Part shown: piece after piece, positions 25,963 through 35,827 of the stretch
Numbering within the stretch: position 1 is the stretch's first letter
Layout: each line of letters opens with the position of its first letter
The notes under the pieces: generated by a model
Databases searched by the model: none
Told to the model about the DNA's origin: nothing
Seen by the model: only the letters and a program-made list of their open reading frames with translations
IMG/VR virus record: IMGVR_UViG_3300010413_001770
Location: 3,332-67,331 of that record
Reading direction: 5' to 3' (one strand)
DNA length: 64,000 nt
From: a virus
Position numbers and translations under genes: made by a program

Positions 25963-27036
25963 TTAGGACGCGTGCACCACGCCGCAGCGGCCGTCCTGGT
26001 CGTTCCGAATCTGCGGCACCATGATTGCCATGACCTTGAAGTTCTTGGTCAGGCCGCCATTCGAGTCCCACTCGACCGTCATGATCGAGAGACCGATCAC
26101 CATCCGGACCACGTCGGAGGTCATCTGCACCATGACGACGTTGTCGGCCGTGAGGCTGTCCGCGACTTTGATGCCCTGGATCCCGTTGACCGCGAGGATG
26201 CGCTCCCGAACGGAGCGGTCGGAGTTGGCCTTGAAATCCTCGTCGATCGAGGTGTCGAAGTTGGTCGGGATGTAGATCTGCCAAGGCCCGTAGTACCGGG
26301 CGTTGATACTGGCCTGCTTCATGGCGAGGACGTCGGTCAGGACGTTCGCGACCGTGTCGTCCCAGTTCGCGGTCAGGCTGACCGTGTTGCGGTTGGGTTG
26401 ATCCAGGTATCCCCGGATCGTCCCACCGCCGTGCGTGTACGCCGAGAGACCCGTGAACAGGATGGACTCCACCTTCTCCGCCACCTTGCGGCCCGCGAGC
26501 TCCGCCATCGTCATGTCGAGGGGGTCGCCGCGCGTCCTGCTGGCCTCGAGCGCCCGGATCGAGAACTGGAAATCCTTGTGGACGACCGGGAGGGGCAGGT
26601 AGTTGGTGTCCCACTCGGGGCGGTCCCGCGTGGTCCGGGTCTCGGCGTCCATCGTGACTTCCGCCGCCGTGATGTCGGACTGGTCCTGGTACTCGAGCAC
26701 CGTCTTGCCGAGACCGTTGCTCACCTCGTAGGTGAGGCCGGCGTTGATGAGATCCGCCACCCCGACGAGGCGCGTCTGAGCGGCCTTGAGAACGACGTTG
26801 TCGATCTCGATCCACTCGTCCCGGCGGAGTGTCGCGTTGGCGACCTGGCGTTTCTGCCCCCGGATGTTCGCGTAGAAGTGGCCGTCCTTGCCGAGGTAGG
26901 GACGTAGGGAGCCGGCGTCCATGTTGGCGGCCAGGAGTCTGGACCCAACGTCGCCCGTGAGACCCTGCATCGGCCGGATCGCACCGCCGTTCAGGGTCAG
27001 GACATCGGTTGCGGCCTGAGTCGTTTCTTTCGGCAT
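25963..27036 (-). CDS. Major capsid protein (HK97 fold, linocin-M18/encapsulin-like family)
   Basis: 357 aa; ATLRRDEWIEIDNVV...RLVGVADL and LPVVHKDFQFSIRALEASR; AAGGAG RBS; head-module position. Confidence 0.9.
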   Translation of the reverse strand: MPKETTQAATDVLTLNGGAIRPMQGLTGDVGSRLLAANMDAGSLRPYLGKDGHFYANIRGQKRQVANATLRRDEWIEIDNVVLKAAQTRLVGVADLINAGLTYEVSNGLGKTVLEYQDQSDITAAEVTMDAETRTTRDRPEWDTNYLPLPVVHKDFQFSIRALEASRTRGDPLDMTMAELAGRKVAEKVESILFTGLSAYTHGGGTIRGYLDQPNRNTVSLTANWDDTVANVLTDVLAMKQASINARYYGPWQIYIPTNFDTSIDEDFKANSDRSVRERILAVNGIQGIKVADSLTADNVVMVQMTSDVVRMVIGLSIMTVEWDSNGGLTKNFKVMAIMVPQIRNDQDGRCGVVHAS

Positions 27037-27106
27037 CGATCAATCTCCTTTGAGTGAGCGTGAATTCAGTGTGAGTTCACGAGGGTAAGCCGGAGTGACC
27101 GGCCGA

Positions 27107-27565
27107 TTACGAGATCTCCACGAGGATGCGTCCGGACGGGTCCGCGCCGGAAGAGCCACTCATGTCGACGGCTTCGAGGGCAACGCCGACGATCGCTTCG
27201 ACGTAGTCGGGCTCGCCGCTCGCCGCCGTGTAGACCTGGAGGGCTCCGGTTCCGCCGGACTTCAGAAGCGAGCCGACGGACGCGGTTTCCCCATCCTTGA
27301 GCAGCATGTAGAGCTGGTCTCCGGGACGGGCCGCGATGAACTGGACGCGGGCTCCGGTCGTGTAGGCGGTGCCGATTTCGTCACCTTGGAGATCGTTCTC
27401 GATTGCGACCAGCTTCGGCACTACGTTTCCGCTCGCCGTCGCATGAACCTTGACACCGGTAGAGGTACGCTCGAGCAGGTGCCCCGGAGTGATTCCTGCG
27501 TCGGCCTTCGCCTCGTTCCGCATCCACTCCGAGAGAGTTTTTACCAGGACCGTTCTGTACGCCAT
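27107..27565 (-). CDS. Head decoration/cement protein
   Basis: 152 aa between scaffold and capsid; ITPGHLL, LKSGGTGAL and VGVALEAVD motifs. Confidence 0.72.
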   Translation of the reverse strand: MAYRTVLVKTLSEWMRNEAKADAGITPGHLLERTSTGVKVHATASGNVVPKLVAIENDLQGDEIGTAYTTGARVQFIAARPGDQLYMLLKDGETASVGSLLKSGGTGALQVYTAASGEPDYVEAIVGVALEAVDMSGSSGADPSGRILVEIS

Positions 27566-27679
27566 CGGGTAACCTCCTTTGGAAGGTCGTTTGCCGGGTG
27601 AATACTCCGGTCAGTGTTTGTCGTCGTGATTCCGGCCGCTCGTGCTCGGACTCGTGCTCGCGCTTGAGGACCCGAGCTC

Positions 27680-29437
27680 TTACTGCTTCAACGATGGGAG
27701 CGGCAGTGGGTCCTCGGCATCCTGCTGGGGGCGTGCGTCCAGTACACCGGCTCCCCCCGAGTAGTCGTTCCGCGACCGCGCGAGCGTCTGGAGCTTCTCG
27801 AGCTGCGGAAGATCCATGCGGCGGAGCTCGTCTTCGCCCCAGGGGCAGCCATCCAAGGCCAGAAGGTCCGTCACGATTGCGTCCTTCTGCCGGCGGTGGA
27901 CCGTGAGACCGTGCGACAGCACCTCCCGGATCTCCGGGGGCGCGTTCGCGACGTATTGGTCGACCGTCGTCACGGGAACAGGAGCGGCGGGAGCGGGAGT
28001 CTTGGGCTGGAGCGCCTCCGCCCCCTTCTCGGCCGCCAGCTGCACGGGGGTCTTCTCCGGCTTGGGAGTCCCCTCGGCCGCCGCTTCCAAAAGCTCGAGA
28101 ATGACCTTCTGGTCGCAGGGAGACTGCTTCTCCAACCACTCCTGGTCCGCCTTCTCGTTGAGCTCCAGGATTCGTTTTACCGTTTCGTTCACCGCTACCT
28201 TCGGCATGCTGTTCTCCTCTTCTGCGGGAACATATTCCCGCTGCTCACGGACCCGTGTCGGGTCACCGGACAGTTGGATATCACCGTTGTCGTCTACCGT
28301 GTACTCCTGCCGGTAGAGGGTCGAGCCGTCCTCCGTCCTCCGCTCGTACACGATCGCGTCGTCGTACAGATCCTCGAGCATGTACCAGATGCCCTGCTCC
28401 GGCCGGTCCATAGCGTTGAGGGTTTGATGGACGCGCTCGAACAAGCTCATGATGCTCCCGTTCTGGAGTGCCGTAATGGCTTCTGCAGAACGGTCATCCG
28501 AAGCGAGAATCCCGAGTTTCGTCCTCACCCAGGAGAGAAAGGTCGGCTTTTGGTCGCGACTCACTGGATCCCCGGTATTGTTCTCCGCCATTCCGCCTCC
28601 AGTCTGGGTCAGTATTTCGGATAGATTCTCCAAAGGTAACACACTGAGAAAACGGCTGTCACTATCCGGGGACTGAAGCTCCAGCGTGATCATGCCGTCG
28701 CGGAGAGGACCGACCCGCGCGTTCAGGTGGTGGACACGGACGCCGCAGCCGTCTTCCCAGCTGCAGGCGCCGACGCGGTCCGGGAGAAGCGCCAGATGGT
28801 CGGGACGGTAGCCGGCGAGCGTCTCCTCGAACTCTTCTCCGTTCCAGATCCCCGGAGTGCCGTCGCCAAGTCCCCAGAGACCGGTCGACACTTCGACCGG
28901 TTCGCCGCGTTCGAGCATGGAGAGGGTATCCGGGTCGACGGACTTGATCTTGTCGAGGTCGATCCAGATCTCGGCGCGTAGACGGGGGGAGTCCCAACGG
29001 GCGTTCCAGACCTGGCCGACGACCTGGGATTCGTAGACGGGGGGTGAGTTGGCCGAGATCGGCTCGCCGTCGTCTGCGGTCGGGTGAAGGATGGGGACCG
29101 GGCGACCATTCCAGGCTTCGACGAACAAGCTGAGCTCATCGGCCGGGTAGTAGCGACCGTTGTGGACCCCCTCGACGAGCATGACGACCGGGTAGACGAG
29201 ATGATCACGACCGTTGAGGTTTTCGCGGCGACTGGTGGACGGGAGACGGGAGTGGACCGTGACGGACTCGACCTGCTCGTTGGCGGCTCGTTTGCGTTTC
29301 GACCGCCGCCACTGCGAGTAGCAAACCGCGGCGCGCTGCTTCTCGTCTGGGAAGTCTCGGCCGGTGACCTCGGCCCCCATGCAACGGCTGACGAAGTCGG
29401 AGCGGGACTCATCCGATTTGGGTGTGGGAAGGGGCAT
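27680..29437 (-). CDS. Prohead protease/scaffold (DUF2213-like)
   Basis: WNGRPVPILHP, EVSTG and PDHLALLPDRVGACSWEDGCG motifs; low-complexity scaffold C-terminus. Confidence 0.82.
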   Translation of the reverse strand: MPLPTPKSDESRSDFVSRCMGAEVTGRDFPDEKQRAAVCYSQWRRSKRKRAANEQVESVTVHSRLPSTSRRENLNGRDHLVYPVVMLVEGVHNGRYYPADELSLFVEAWNGRPVPILHPTADDGEPISANSPPVYESQVVGQVWNARWDSPRLRAEIWIDLDKIKSVDPDTLSMLERGEPVEVSTGLWGLGDGTPGIWNGEEFEETLAGYRPDHLALLPDRVGACSWEDGCGVRVHHLNARVGPLRDGMITLELQSPDSDSRFLSVLPLENLSEILTQTGGGMAENNTGDPVSRDQKPTFLSWVRTKLGILASDDRSAEAITALQNGSIMSLFERVHQTLNAMDRPEQGIWYMLEDLYDDAIVYERRTEDGSTLYRQEYTVDDNGDIQLSGDPTRVREQREYVPAEEENSMPKVAVNETVKRILELNEKADQEWLEKQSPCDQKVILELLEAAAEGTPKPEKTPVQLAAEKGAEALQPKTPAPAAPVPVTTVDQYVANAPPEIREVLSHGLTVHRRQKDAIVTDLLALDGCPWGEDELRRMDLPQLEKLQTLARSRNDYSGGAGVLDARPQQDAEDPLPLPSLKQ

Positions 29438-29440
29438 GGG

Positions 29441-30949
29441 TTACTCCTCCTCCTCGGGGGGAGACCCGTCCGCCTCGTCTTCCGGACTCATGACGGCTGG
29501 GAACTCCCCGGCGGGCTCTTCGATAAACTCCGCGTCTTCCGCGCCGTCCTCCACGCTGGCGGCAACCTCGTCGACCGACATGCCGAGGATGTAGCGCAGG
29601 AAGGCGGAGAGCGGCATGAGGGCGCGCAGGTTCCGACTGTCGGCGTACTTCACCAGCGCTTCCGCCTTGACGCGGCTGACGATGGCCTGGTCCTTGTCGG
29701 CCGGGCCTTCGAGTGGAAGCCACTCGACCTTGTACTGGCCGCCGGCGGGGACCGGCAAGATGCCGAGCTCGATGAACGTGTCGACGGTCGGGCGGAGGAT
29801 GACCGGCTCGCAGTACTCATGCCGACGGGTGTCGATCATCCGCGTCCAGTTCTTTTCGTCAAGTCGGCTGGCGAGCTCGCCGCGCTCTGTCCCGGTCAGG
29901 ATCCGCTGCGGGATGCCGGTCGCCCCAGCCAGATTCCGGAACACGACTTCGACGTGGTCCTTGGGGCTGGAGACTTGGGGGCGAAGCTCCTTGATGTCGA
30001 TCCCCTGTAGCCGCATGTAGCGCTGAAACCCGTGGAGGTAGTTCTGGATCTCCTCGTCGAGGTCCGTGCTGGAGTCGAGCATCGCCTCCGGGTCGATGTT
30101 GAACCCGAATCCAGGGAACGCCCCCCGCCAGAACATCTCGGCCGAGCCGCCCACGAGCATCTCGAGGGAGGCGAGGTCGTTCCAGACTGGTTCCATGCGC
30201 GGCGTGCCGTAGATGTCGGACTCGGACGTGTTGTCCGCGATGTGGATGACGCGGGAGTGATGGACCTCGAGCGTACGGGAGGAGGCGTCACCAGTGGGGG
30301 ACACCTTGAGCTGGTACTCGGTCGGCTTTCCGTAGCGCGGAGAGGCGATGTTGTCGTCCCAGTGGGAGATCTTGGCGTTTCCTTCCGCACGGGGATTCAG
30401 GTAGAGGAGTCGGTCGGTCTCGGGCGCTGCGGCGGTGAGGGAGCCGGGAAGACCGAGCAGCAGAACGCCGTAACGTCCAATTCCGGCCACGATGTCCGCG
30501 CGGGTGAGGTAGTGGACGATTCGGTGGGAGCGGTCGAGCGTCGTCCAGGCGACCGAGAAGGGGCTCTCCGGGTCGCCGTCCGTGACGATGGGGGCCCGGG
30601 ACCAAGAAGCGACCGGAGGAGCGGACACGATCCGGCGGGCGACGCCCTGGCGGCGGAAACGGCCGGCGAAGTCCTCGTAGTAGAGGATCTCGGACCAGCC
30701 GAGCGCCTCGTAGAGTTTTCGTTTGGGGGTGCCGGAGCTCGAGTAATAGGAGCGGCCGAGGCGATCAGCCAGTTGCGCCCGCGACGTGATGGCGGAGGCG
30801 AGGATGGCGAGGATTTCCCGGCTGGAGACGGCCGGTTCGGTCGGTTCTGGGGGCGGCGGAGGAGTCCGCCGGGAGCCGTTACCCGCGCTTGTGGATGATT
30901 TCCGCTTCCCCGCTCCAGCTCCTGTTCCCGCTCCAGCCGCCATCAGCAT
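29441..30949 (-). CDS. Portal protein (DUF1073 type)
   Basis: After the terminase; VHHSRVIH, GGSAEMFW and IPQRILTGTERGELAS motifs. Confidence 0.88.
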   Translation of the reverse strand: MLMAAGAGTGAGAGKRKSSTSAGNGSRRTPPPPPEPTEPAVSSREILAILASAITSRAQLADRLGRSYYSSSGTPKRKLYEALGWSEILYYEDFAGRFRRQGVARRIVSAPPVASWSRAPIVTDGDPESPFSVAWTTLDRSHRIVHYLTRADIVAGIGRYGVLLLGLPGSLTAAAPETDRLLYLNPRAEGNAKISHWDDNIASPRYGKPTEYQLKVSPTGDASSRTLEVHHSRVIHIADNTSESDIYGTPRMEPVWNDLASLEMLVGGSAEMFWRGAFPGFGFNIDPEAMLDSSTDLDEEIQNYLHGFQRYMRLQGIDIKELRPQVSSPKDHVEVVFRNLAGATGIPQRILTGTERGELASRLDEKNWTRMIDTRRHEYCEPVILRPTVDTFIELGILPVPAGGQYKVEWLPLEGPADKDQAIVSRVKAEALVKYADSRNLRALMPLSAFLRYILGMSVDEVAASVEDGAEDAEFIEEPAGEFPAVMSPEDEADGSPPEEEE

Positions 30950-30962
30950 CCCCTCAACCGGT

Positions 30963-32432
30963 CTACCGCGCCCCGAATGTGCCCGCCCGCTTCACGCGCA
31001 TGAGATTATTGTAGGCTTTTGCGACCGAATCAATCAAATCATCGTGAATCGACGACCCCCCAGTGATATCGACATGATCCGCTTGCGAGATAAGATCGGC
31101 ATTCCAGGGGGAGTCCACAAGGAAGACGTTACCCGCTTCCGCCGCTACAGCGAGCGGCCGATAGTAGGCTAGTTTCGACTTGGTGGTCGGGACGCCGAGG
31201 AAGTCGTGGCCGGCGAGAACGTAGCGCTTGTAGTAGTGGATGGTCGTTTTCCCGGACGCGCCGGGCTCTTCCTCCATCCGGATCGGGACGTCGAAGCCGT
31301 CGCGCGCCGCCGTCTCCCGGATGAGCTGTTCGACGCTTGCCGGAGTGGCGCGCGTGTAGGCGAGGTCGAGGACGTGGAAGTCCCCCTCCGGAGTGCGGTT
31401 GGCCCGCGTCCCGGCGGTGGCGTCCGGGCCCTTCTTCCGGGCGGTCCGGTACTCCTCCTTCGAGGGGGTGGCGGCGAGATCCCAGAACCGGATGCGGTTC
31501 TGCGGCCGGACATCCGGGGCGACCGGGATGATGCGCCACCAGTGCTTACGGAAGAGCCCGGTCGAGTCTTCCACGTCCCAGTCGCCGTCCTCGAGCTTGG
31601 CTCGGGTAGTGGCATCCAGGTGGCTGAGCGTACGGAGGTACTCTTCCCGGTCCAGGTAGGGATTATCCGCGAGTTTACTAGGAATGAACACAGTCCCTGG
31701 CGAGCGCGTCGAGGCGGTAATGTAGCGGTCCTTGACCCACATGCCGCGGATGTACTCCTCGGGTAGCGGGGGGTTGGACGCGGCGCGGAAACGGATCGGG
31801 ACATCCGCGAGCGTGAGCCCGGACTGGGAGCGCGAGAGACCGCCGCGGTTCTTCGGCCGCCGGAGCCGGGAGAACATGAACAGCGCTTGATGCTCCCGGA
31901 TCGAGACGGCTTCGTCGAGGCCGACGAACTGATAGGCGGCCGACTTGTGGTTGAGGTGGGCGCGTGGCTGGTCGAGAAAGGAAAACGTGAGGACGGCAGG
32001 TTCGGCGAGGGCGGACCCGCCGGGGAGAGACTTGGAGCGGTTCTTCCCGGTCGGGAACTCCCACTGGTCGTACTTACCGTTGTAGTGGGCGCCGGTGCCG
32101 GTGAACCACACTTCCGCGCGGGGGACCAAGCCGTCGGGTTTGACGAGGTTGGTGTTGGTGTCGCGGAAGAGGACGGCGGAGTAGCCCGGGACGTCGACGT
32201 ACTGGAGCGCCGCCATCAGGAGGGCGTCCGATTTGCCGCCTCCGACCGCGCCCCCGTAGAACGCGTCCTCGCAGGTGAGAAGGAGGAAGGCGGTTTGCCG
32301 GGGAGTCGGCTTGTGGGGACAGAACCTAGTGGCGAGACGGGGCTTGAGTAGAGGACCCAGTTGCGTCCGGATCGCTGTCGGGGTCAGTCGCGCCGGCGTC
32401 TTCGTCTTCGGTATCAGGATTGGAGTATCCAT
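30963..32432 (-). CDS. Terminase large subunit
   Basis: YGGAVGGGKS Walker A, GLDEA Walker B, ASNP, nuclease FWDLAA and HDDLIDS. Confidence 0.93.
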   Translation of the reverse strand: MDTPILIPKTKTPARLTPTAIRTQLGPLLKPRLATRFCPHKPTPRQTAFLLLTCEDAFYGGAVGGGKSDALLMAALQYVDVPGYSAVLFRDTNTNLVKPDGLVPRAEVWFTGTGAHYNGKYDQWEFPTGKNRSKSLPGGSALAEPAVLTFSFLDQPRAHLNHKSAAYQFVGLDEAVSIREHQALFMFSRLRRPKNRGGLSRSQSGLTLADVPIRFRAASNPPLPEEYIRGMWVKDRYITASTRSPGTVFIPSKLADNPYLDREEYLRTLSHLDATTRAKLEDGDWDVEDSTGLFRKHWWRIIPVAPDVRPQNRIRFWDLAATPSKEEYRTARKKGPDATAGTRANRTPEGDFHVLDLAYTRATPASVEQLIRETAARDGFDVPIRMEEEPGASGKTTIHYYKRYVLAGHDFLGVPTTKSKLAYYRPLAVAAEAGNVFLVDSPWNADLISQADHVDITGGSSIHDDLIDSVAKAYNNLMRVKRAGTFGAR

Positions 32433-33366
32433 CGTCCCCTGCGGATGAGTTCCGTTTCGAGACTTCCGGGAGAGGCAGTCGCGGCAACAGGTCGTGAACG
32501 GCGCCGGATTCTACCAGGACGCGGAGGGTCTCGACGGCGTGCTGGTCGCTGCCGTACGGATGGTCGGCAATGTCGGAGCCGTCGCCCTGCTGAGCGGTCC
32601 AAGCGTCGAGGGCGCGTTCGAGGAGGGCGTCCTCGCGGAAGAGCCCGAGTGTCTTGTAGAGCATCTCGAGGGCTTTCGTTTTGCTATGGAACCACACTTT
32701 GGTCGTGATGTCGGTGACCGGGGCGTCGTCGTCGGAGTGACCGAGGAGCACTCGAGACGTTACTTCCACGCGGGCAATGGCGGCCGCGATGCCGTCGGAC
32801 CACTGCCGGGGCGGAAGGATGGTCCCGTCTTCCCGGAAGAGGTCGCGGGGGTCGGCGAGTGCGATGGCGGCCGTTTCCTGGATGATGCGGTCCGAGTTGA
32901 CTGCGAGCCGGCTGATACGGGCTTCCGCGCGGCGGTTGATCGCGTCCTGGACGTTGTCGCGGGCAAGCGTGTTGCGGACCCAGCGCTCGCTCACGTTGAG
33001 GGCGCGGGCGGTGGCGGCGATGTCGAAGCCGGAGCTAAAGTATTCCTCGACCGCCATGGACTCCATGACGCGGAGGCCCGGGTAGCCGTCGACTTCCTTG
33101 TCGGAAAGCTCGTGCCGGTCGGGGAACTCGGAGTAGAAGTTGATGGCGGCGACGATGCGCTTGTCGGCGAGTAGCTTGCGGGCGCGAGCGTGGGCGGACT
33201 CGGTCGAGGTGCAGCGCGGGTAGGCGCGCATGTAGGCGGAGGTGAGGTCGGTCGAGTCCCCCTCGATGGCGATGAGCTTGGCGAACCGGCGCTGGTTACT
33301 GGTGAGGGAGAGGAGGGCGGATTCGCGGGATGGGTGGGGGAGGGTCTGGAGAGTAGGGGTGGGCAT
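32326..33366 (-). CDS. Terminase small subunit
   Basis: LTSNQRRFA...AYMRAY helix-turn-helix, a second HTH, and IALADPRDLF...KTKALEMLYKTLGLF. Confidence 0.8.
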   Translation of the reverse strand: MPTPTLQTLPHPSRESALLSLTSNQRRFAKLIAIEGDSTDLTSAYMRAYPRCTSTESAHARARKLLADKRIVAAINFYSEFPDRHELSDKEVDGYPGLRVMESMAVEEYFSSGFDIAATARALNVSERWVRNTLARDNVQDAINRRAEARISRLAVNSDRIIQETAAIALADPRDLFREDGTILPPRQWSDGIAAAIARVEVTSRVLLGHSDDDAPVTDITTKVWFHSKTKALEMLYKTLGLFREDALLERALDAWTAQQGDGSDIADHPYGSDQHAVETLRVLVESGAVHDLLPRLPLPEVSKRNSSAGDDGYSNPDTEDEDAGATDPDSDPDATGSSTQAPSRH

Positions 33367-33374
33367 GGGAGCGG

Positions 33375-33457
33375 GATCTCCATACTGGTAGCTGAGAGGC
33401 GGTAGCAGGGAGCGGGAAGCTGGCTACCAGTATGGAGATCGGAAGAGGGAGTGTCAA
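33375..33457 (-). promoter_or_regulatory. Sigma70-like promoter of the packaging/structural operon, overlapped by an 18-bp inverted repeat
   Basis: TTGACA (33457-33452)-N17-CATACT (33434-33429). IR arms at 33375-33392 and 33423-33440. Confidence 0.7.
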
Positions 33458-33476
33458 ACTTGAAGCGAGAGCAGGG

Positions 33477-33749
33477 TTATCCGTAGATGAGTTCGTTCTG
33501 GTCTGGGTAGACTACTCTTCCAGTGGGTAATTCCCGGAGCGGATGACGGAAATCTCTCCAAATCGGGTGGAGTTTAGCCCAGAGGGCGGCGGCGCACGGG
33601 CGGCAGAGATCGACCCCGGGCGTGACGTCTCCGTGGGTGGGCGGGACCGGGGAGGGGGGAATCGAGTCCTCCCCGGTCCGGAACAGGAGACGGTAGGTGG
33701 AGACGGAGGTGTGGTAGCTGGTCTTCTGGCAGTGGTCGCACACTTTCAT
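33477..33749 (-). CDS. Small Zn-finger-like hypothetical protein
   Basis: CDHC and LCRPC pairs; GGAGGAGG RBS. Confidence 0.6.
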   Translation of the reverse strand: MKVCDHCQKTSYHTSVSTYRLLFRTGEDSIPPSPVPPTHGDVTPGVDLCRPCAAALWAKLHPIWRDFRHPLRELPTGRVVYPDQNELIYG

Positions 33750-33841
33750 CGGGGGTCCTCCTCCTGTAGCGCTCGAGTACTCGAGCGCTCAAGCTCTCAA
33801 GCGTGAACTCCAGCAACCGTACCCATCCCCCCGTCCAACGG

Positions 33842-34510
33842 TCAATACTCCAGTTCTTGCCGCCCGAGCTTGGTAGCGAAGAACGAGAGAAACGTCGGGT
33901 CCGGGAGTGTAAGCTCCAGCATCCAGGCCTGGAGATCCGCACCGTCCACGTCGCCGTCACCGTCGTAGTCGAATAGGAACTCGGCGGGCGGGTCGGCATA
34001 GAGGGCGGCAATCTCGGGAGCGGTTAACGGGTAGTCAAACACCCTCACGTCCTCGATGCGCCAGGGCCAGAGCTGCTCGGTGGCGGCGGTAGTGACGGGG
34101 AGTTGAGCTCCCGGCATGGACCAACAGCCGATCGGGGTAGCGTTCGACGTGAAGCAGACGGAGTCGCTGCCGGGAGACTTGGACGCCACCCAGTGATACC
34201 AGAGGGGAGGACCGGCTGAGCCGCGGTTCGTCGGGAAGTTGACCGGGGGACTGTGGATACGGCCGCCGATGAACCAGCAGGGCCGGATAGCGGGGATGCG
34301 CCAGTAGTCAAAGACGCCGAAGCCGTCGGTCGGATAGCCACCAATCACTCCGGCCGTGGCGTGGATGGGGACGAGACGCGTGTAGGCCGGGATGGGGGCA
34401 GCGGGGTCGACGGTTAACCAGGAGCTGACGGACCAGCCGGGAGAATCGGCGAGGGAGGGGATAGGGGGCAGAAGTAGGGCGGCGACGAGCAGGAGCGTCC
34501 GTGCGGGCAT
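33842..34510 (-). CDS. Secreted protein with a LamG-like segment and a dockerin/EF-hand-like Ca-binding loop
   Basis: Signal peptide; IEDVRVFDYPLTAPEIAALY; DYDGDGDVDGADL. Confidence 0.65.
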   Translation of the reverse strand: MPARTLLLVAALLLPPIPSLADSPGWSVSSWLTVDPAAPIPAYTRLVPIHATAGVIGGYPTDGFGVFDYWRIPAIRPCWFIGGRIHSPPVNFPTNRGSAGPPLWYHWVASKSPGSDSVCFTSNATPIGCWSMPGAQLPVTTAATEQLWPWRIEDVRVFDYPLTAPEIAALYADPPAEFLFDYDGDGDVDGADLQAWMLELTLPDPTFLSFFATKLGRQELEY

Positions 34511-34562
34511 GGGGGGCCTCCGGGTAGCGGATGGACGGTTAACGGTTGACGGTTAACGGGCA

Positions 34563-34592
34563 ACTGTAGCTCGGCTAGCGACTAGGCGTCAA
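34563..34592 (-). promoter_or_regulatory. Putative sigma70-like promoter for 33842..34510
   Basis: TTGACG-N18-TACAGT on the minus strand. Confidence 0.5.
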
Positions 34593-35650
34593 CCGGAGAG
34601 TAGGCTGAGCTATGGTTAACCGTTACCCGTTAACGAGTAACCACTAACTGTAGATTGTTCTACAGTATTATTAACCAGTTACCGAGCCGCGGTTAACCAC
34701 TAGTTAATACCGGCCCGGATATTCGCTGTAGTGTGGAAGTGGGGGCGTATTGACGGCTGGTCAACCGTGACCCTGGGATTCGCAAGGGGATGTTGACTCA
34801 CAGTTAACACTGTCCCGGGATTCACGTAGCGGCGAAGTCGCAGGGGGGCGCCATTTTCAAACGCTGTTTGCGTCGTTGGGGCCCCACTCGAGTGGCCGCG
34901 CTGATTTTCCGGCCCCGACACGACATTAGGTAGACGTCGGGTCGACATTGCACACGACGTGAGAATGTCGGGTCGATGTCGGGTCCATGCGGGGTGATTG
35001 TCAAACGTCGTCTCGGCTGGTAGAACGGGGGCCGGAGGGGGCGGGGGCGTGGTAAGTAAGACTTACCTACCAGCTGGGGGTGTGGAGCTCAAGAGGGAGA
35101 GCTCAAGAGGGGGAGGGGAGAGGGGGTTGCGCTCGAGCGCTCCAGTTGCAGCGTGGGCGCCTTCCCCTCTTGAGCTCCACACTCCGGCTCACGAGCCCGG
35201 AGACGGGTCACCTTTGCGATTACCGGAGCGCTCAAGGGTAGGAGTACCCCCTCCCCATGGATCGTCCAACCGCGGGGCCGCAAGGGGGCGGAACGGGTTA
35301 ACGGTTAACCGTACGTCGACACGTTAACCGCACGTGTGGTACTCGAGGGCTCAAGTGGCCTCTCCACACCCCCTCACACCCCAGTTAAGTAGTAAGACTG
35401 TACGACGCCCGCGACTGGCTACACAGTGACACGGTGACAGACCGACAGACTGACACGGGTACACAGTGACACGGGGACAGACTGACAGACCCGGCGGGAC
35501 GTGCGGGGGAGTATCGGCCTGGCCAGCCGCGGGGGGCCGCGAGGAGGAGGAGGGGCCCGCAAGGGAGGAGAACGAGCACTCAAGCGGCCCCCCTTCCCCT
35601 CTTGAGCATCACCCTTCGTTTTTCCGCCCCCATGGCGGCTTCCGAGAATC

Positions 35651-35827
35651 CTATCCACAGGTTATCCACAGCGACCGAGACTTATTAACAGTTTGTCAAC
35701 ATGTTATCCATAGGTTATCCACAGAAAAGTGACAATCTGCGTCACACGCGGGTGACAATAATTGTCACCAGCCGAAAAACGTTGAATTGACGCCACTTTT
35801 CGACGATCGGCGGGTGAGTTATCCACA
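35651..35827 (+). promoter_or_regulatory. DnaA-box cluster (candidate origin) with a 19-bp palindrome
   Basis: TTATCCACA at 35662, 35715 and 35819; near matches at 35651, 35682 and 35704; GGTGACAAT-A-ATTGTCACC at 35751-35769. Confidence 0.75.

Noticed and set aside
25963-27036. Encapsulin/linocin bacteriocin interpretation of the capsid gene
   Set aside because: It sits in a normal terminase-portal-protease-decoration-capsid order, so it is the phage major capsid protein.
29441-30949. Anti-CBASS (Acb1-labelled DUF1073) annotation
   Set aside because: Size and position right after the large terminase identify it as the portal protein.
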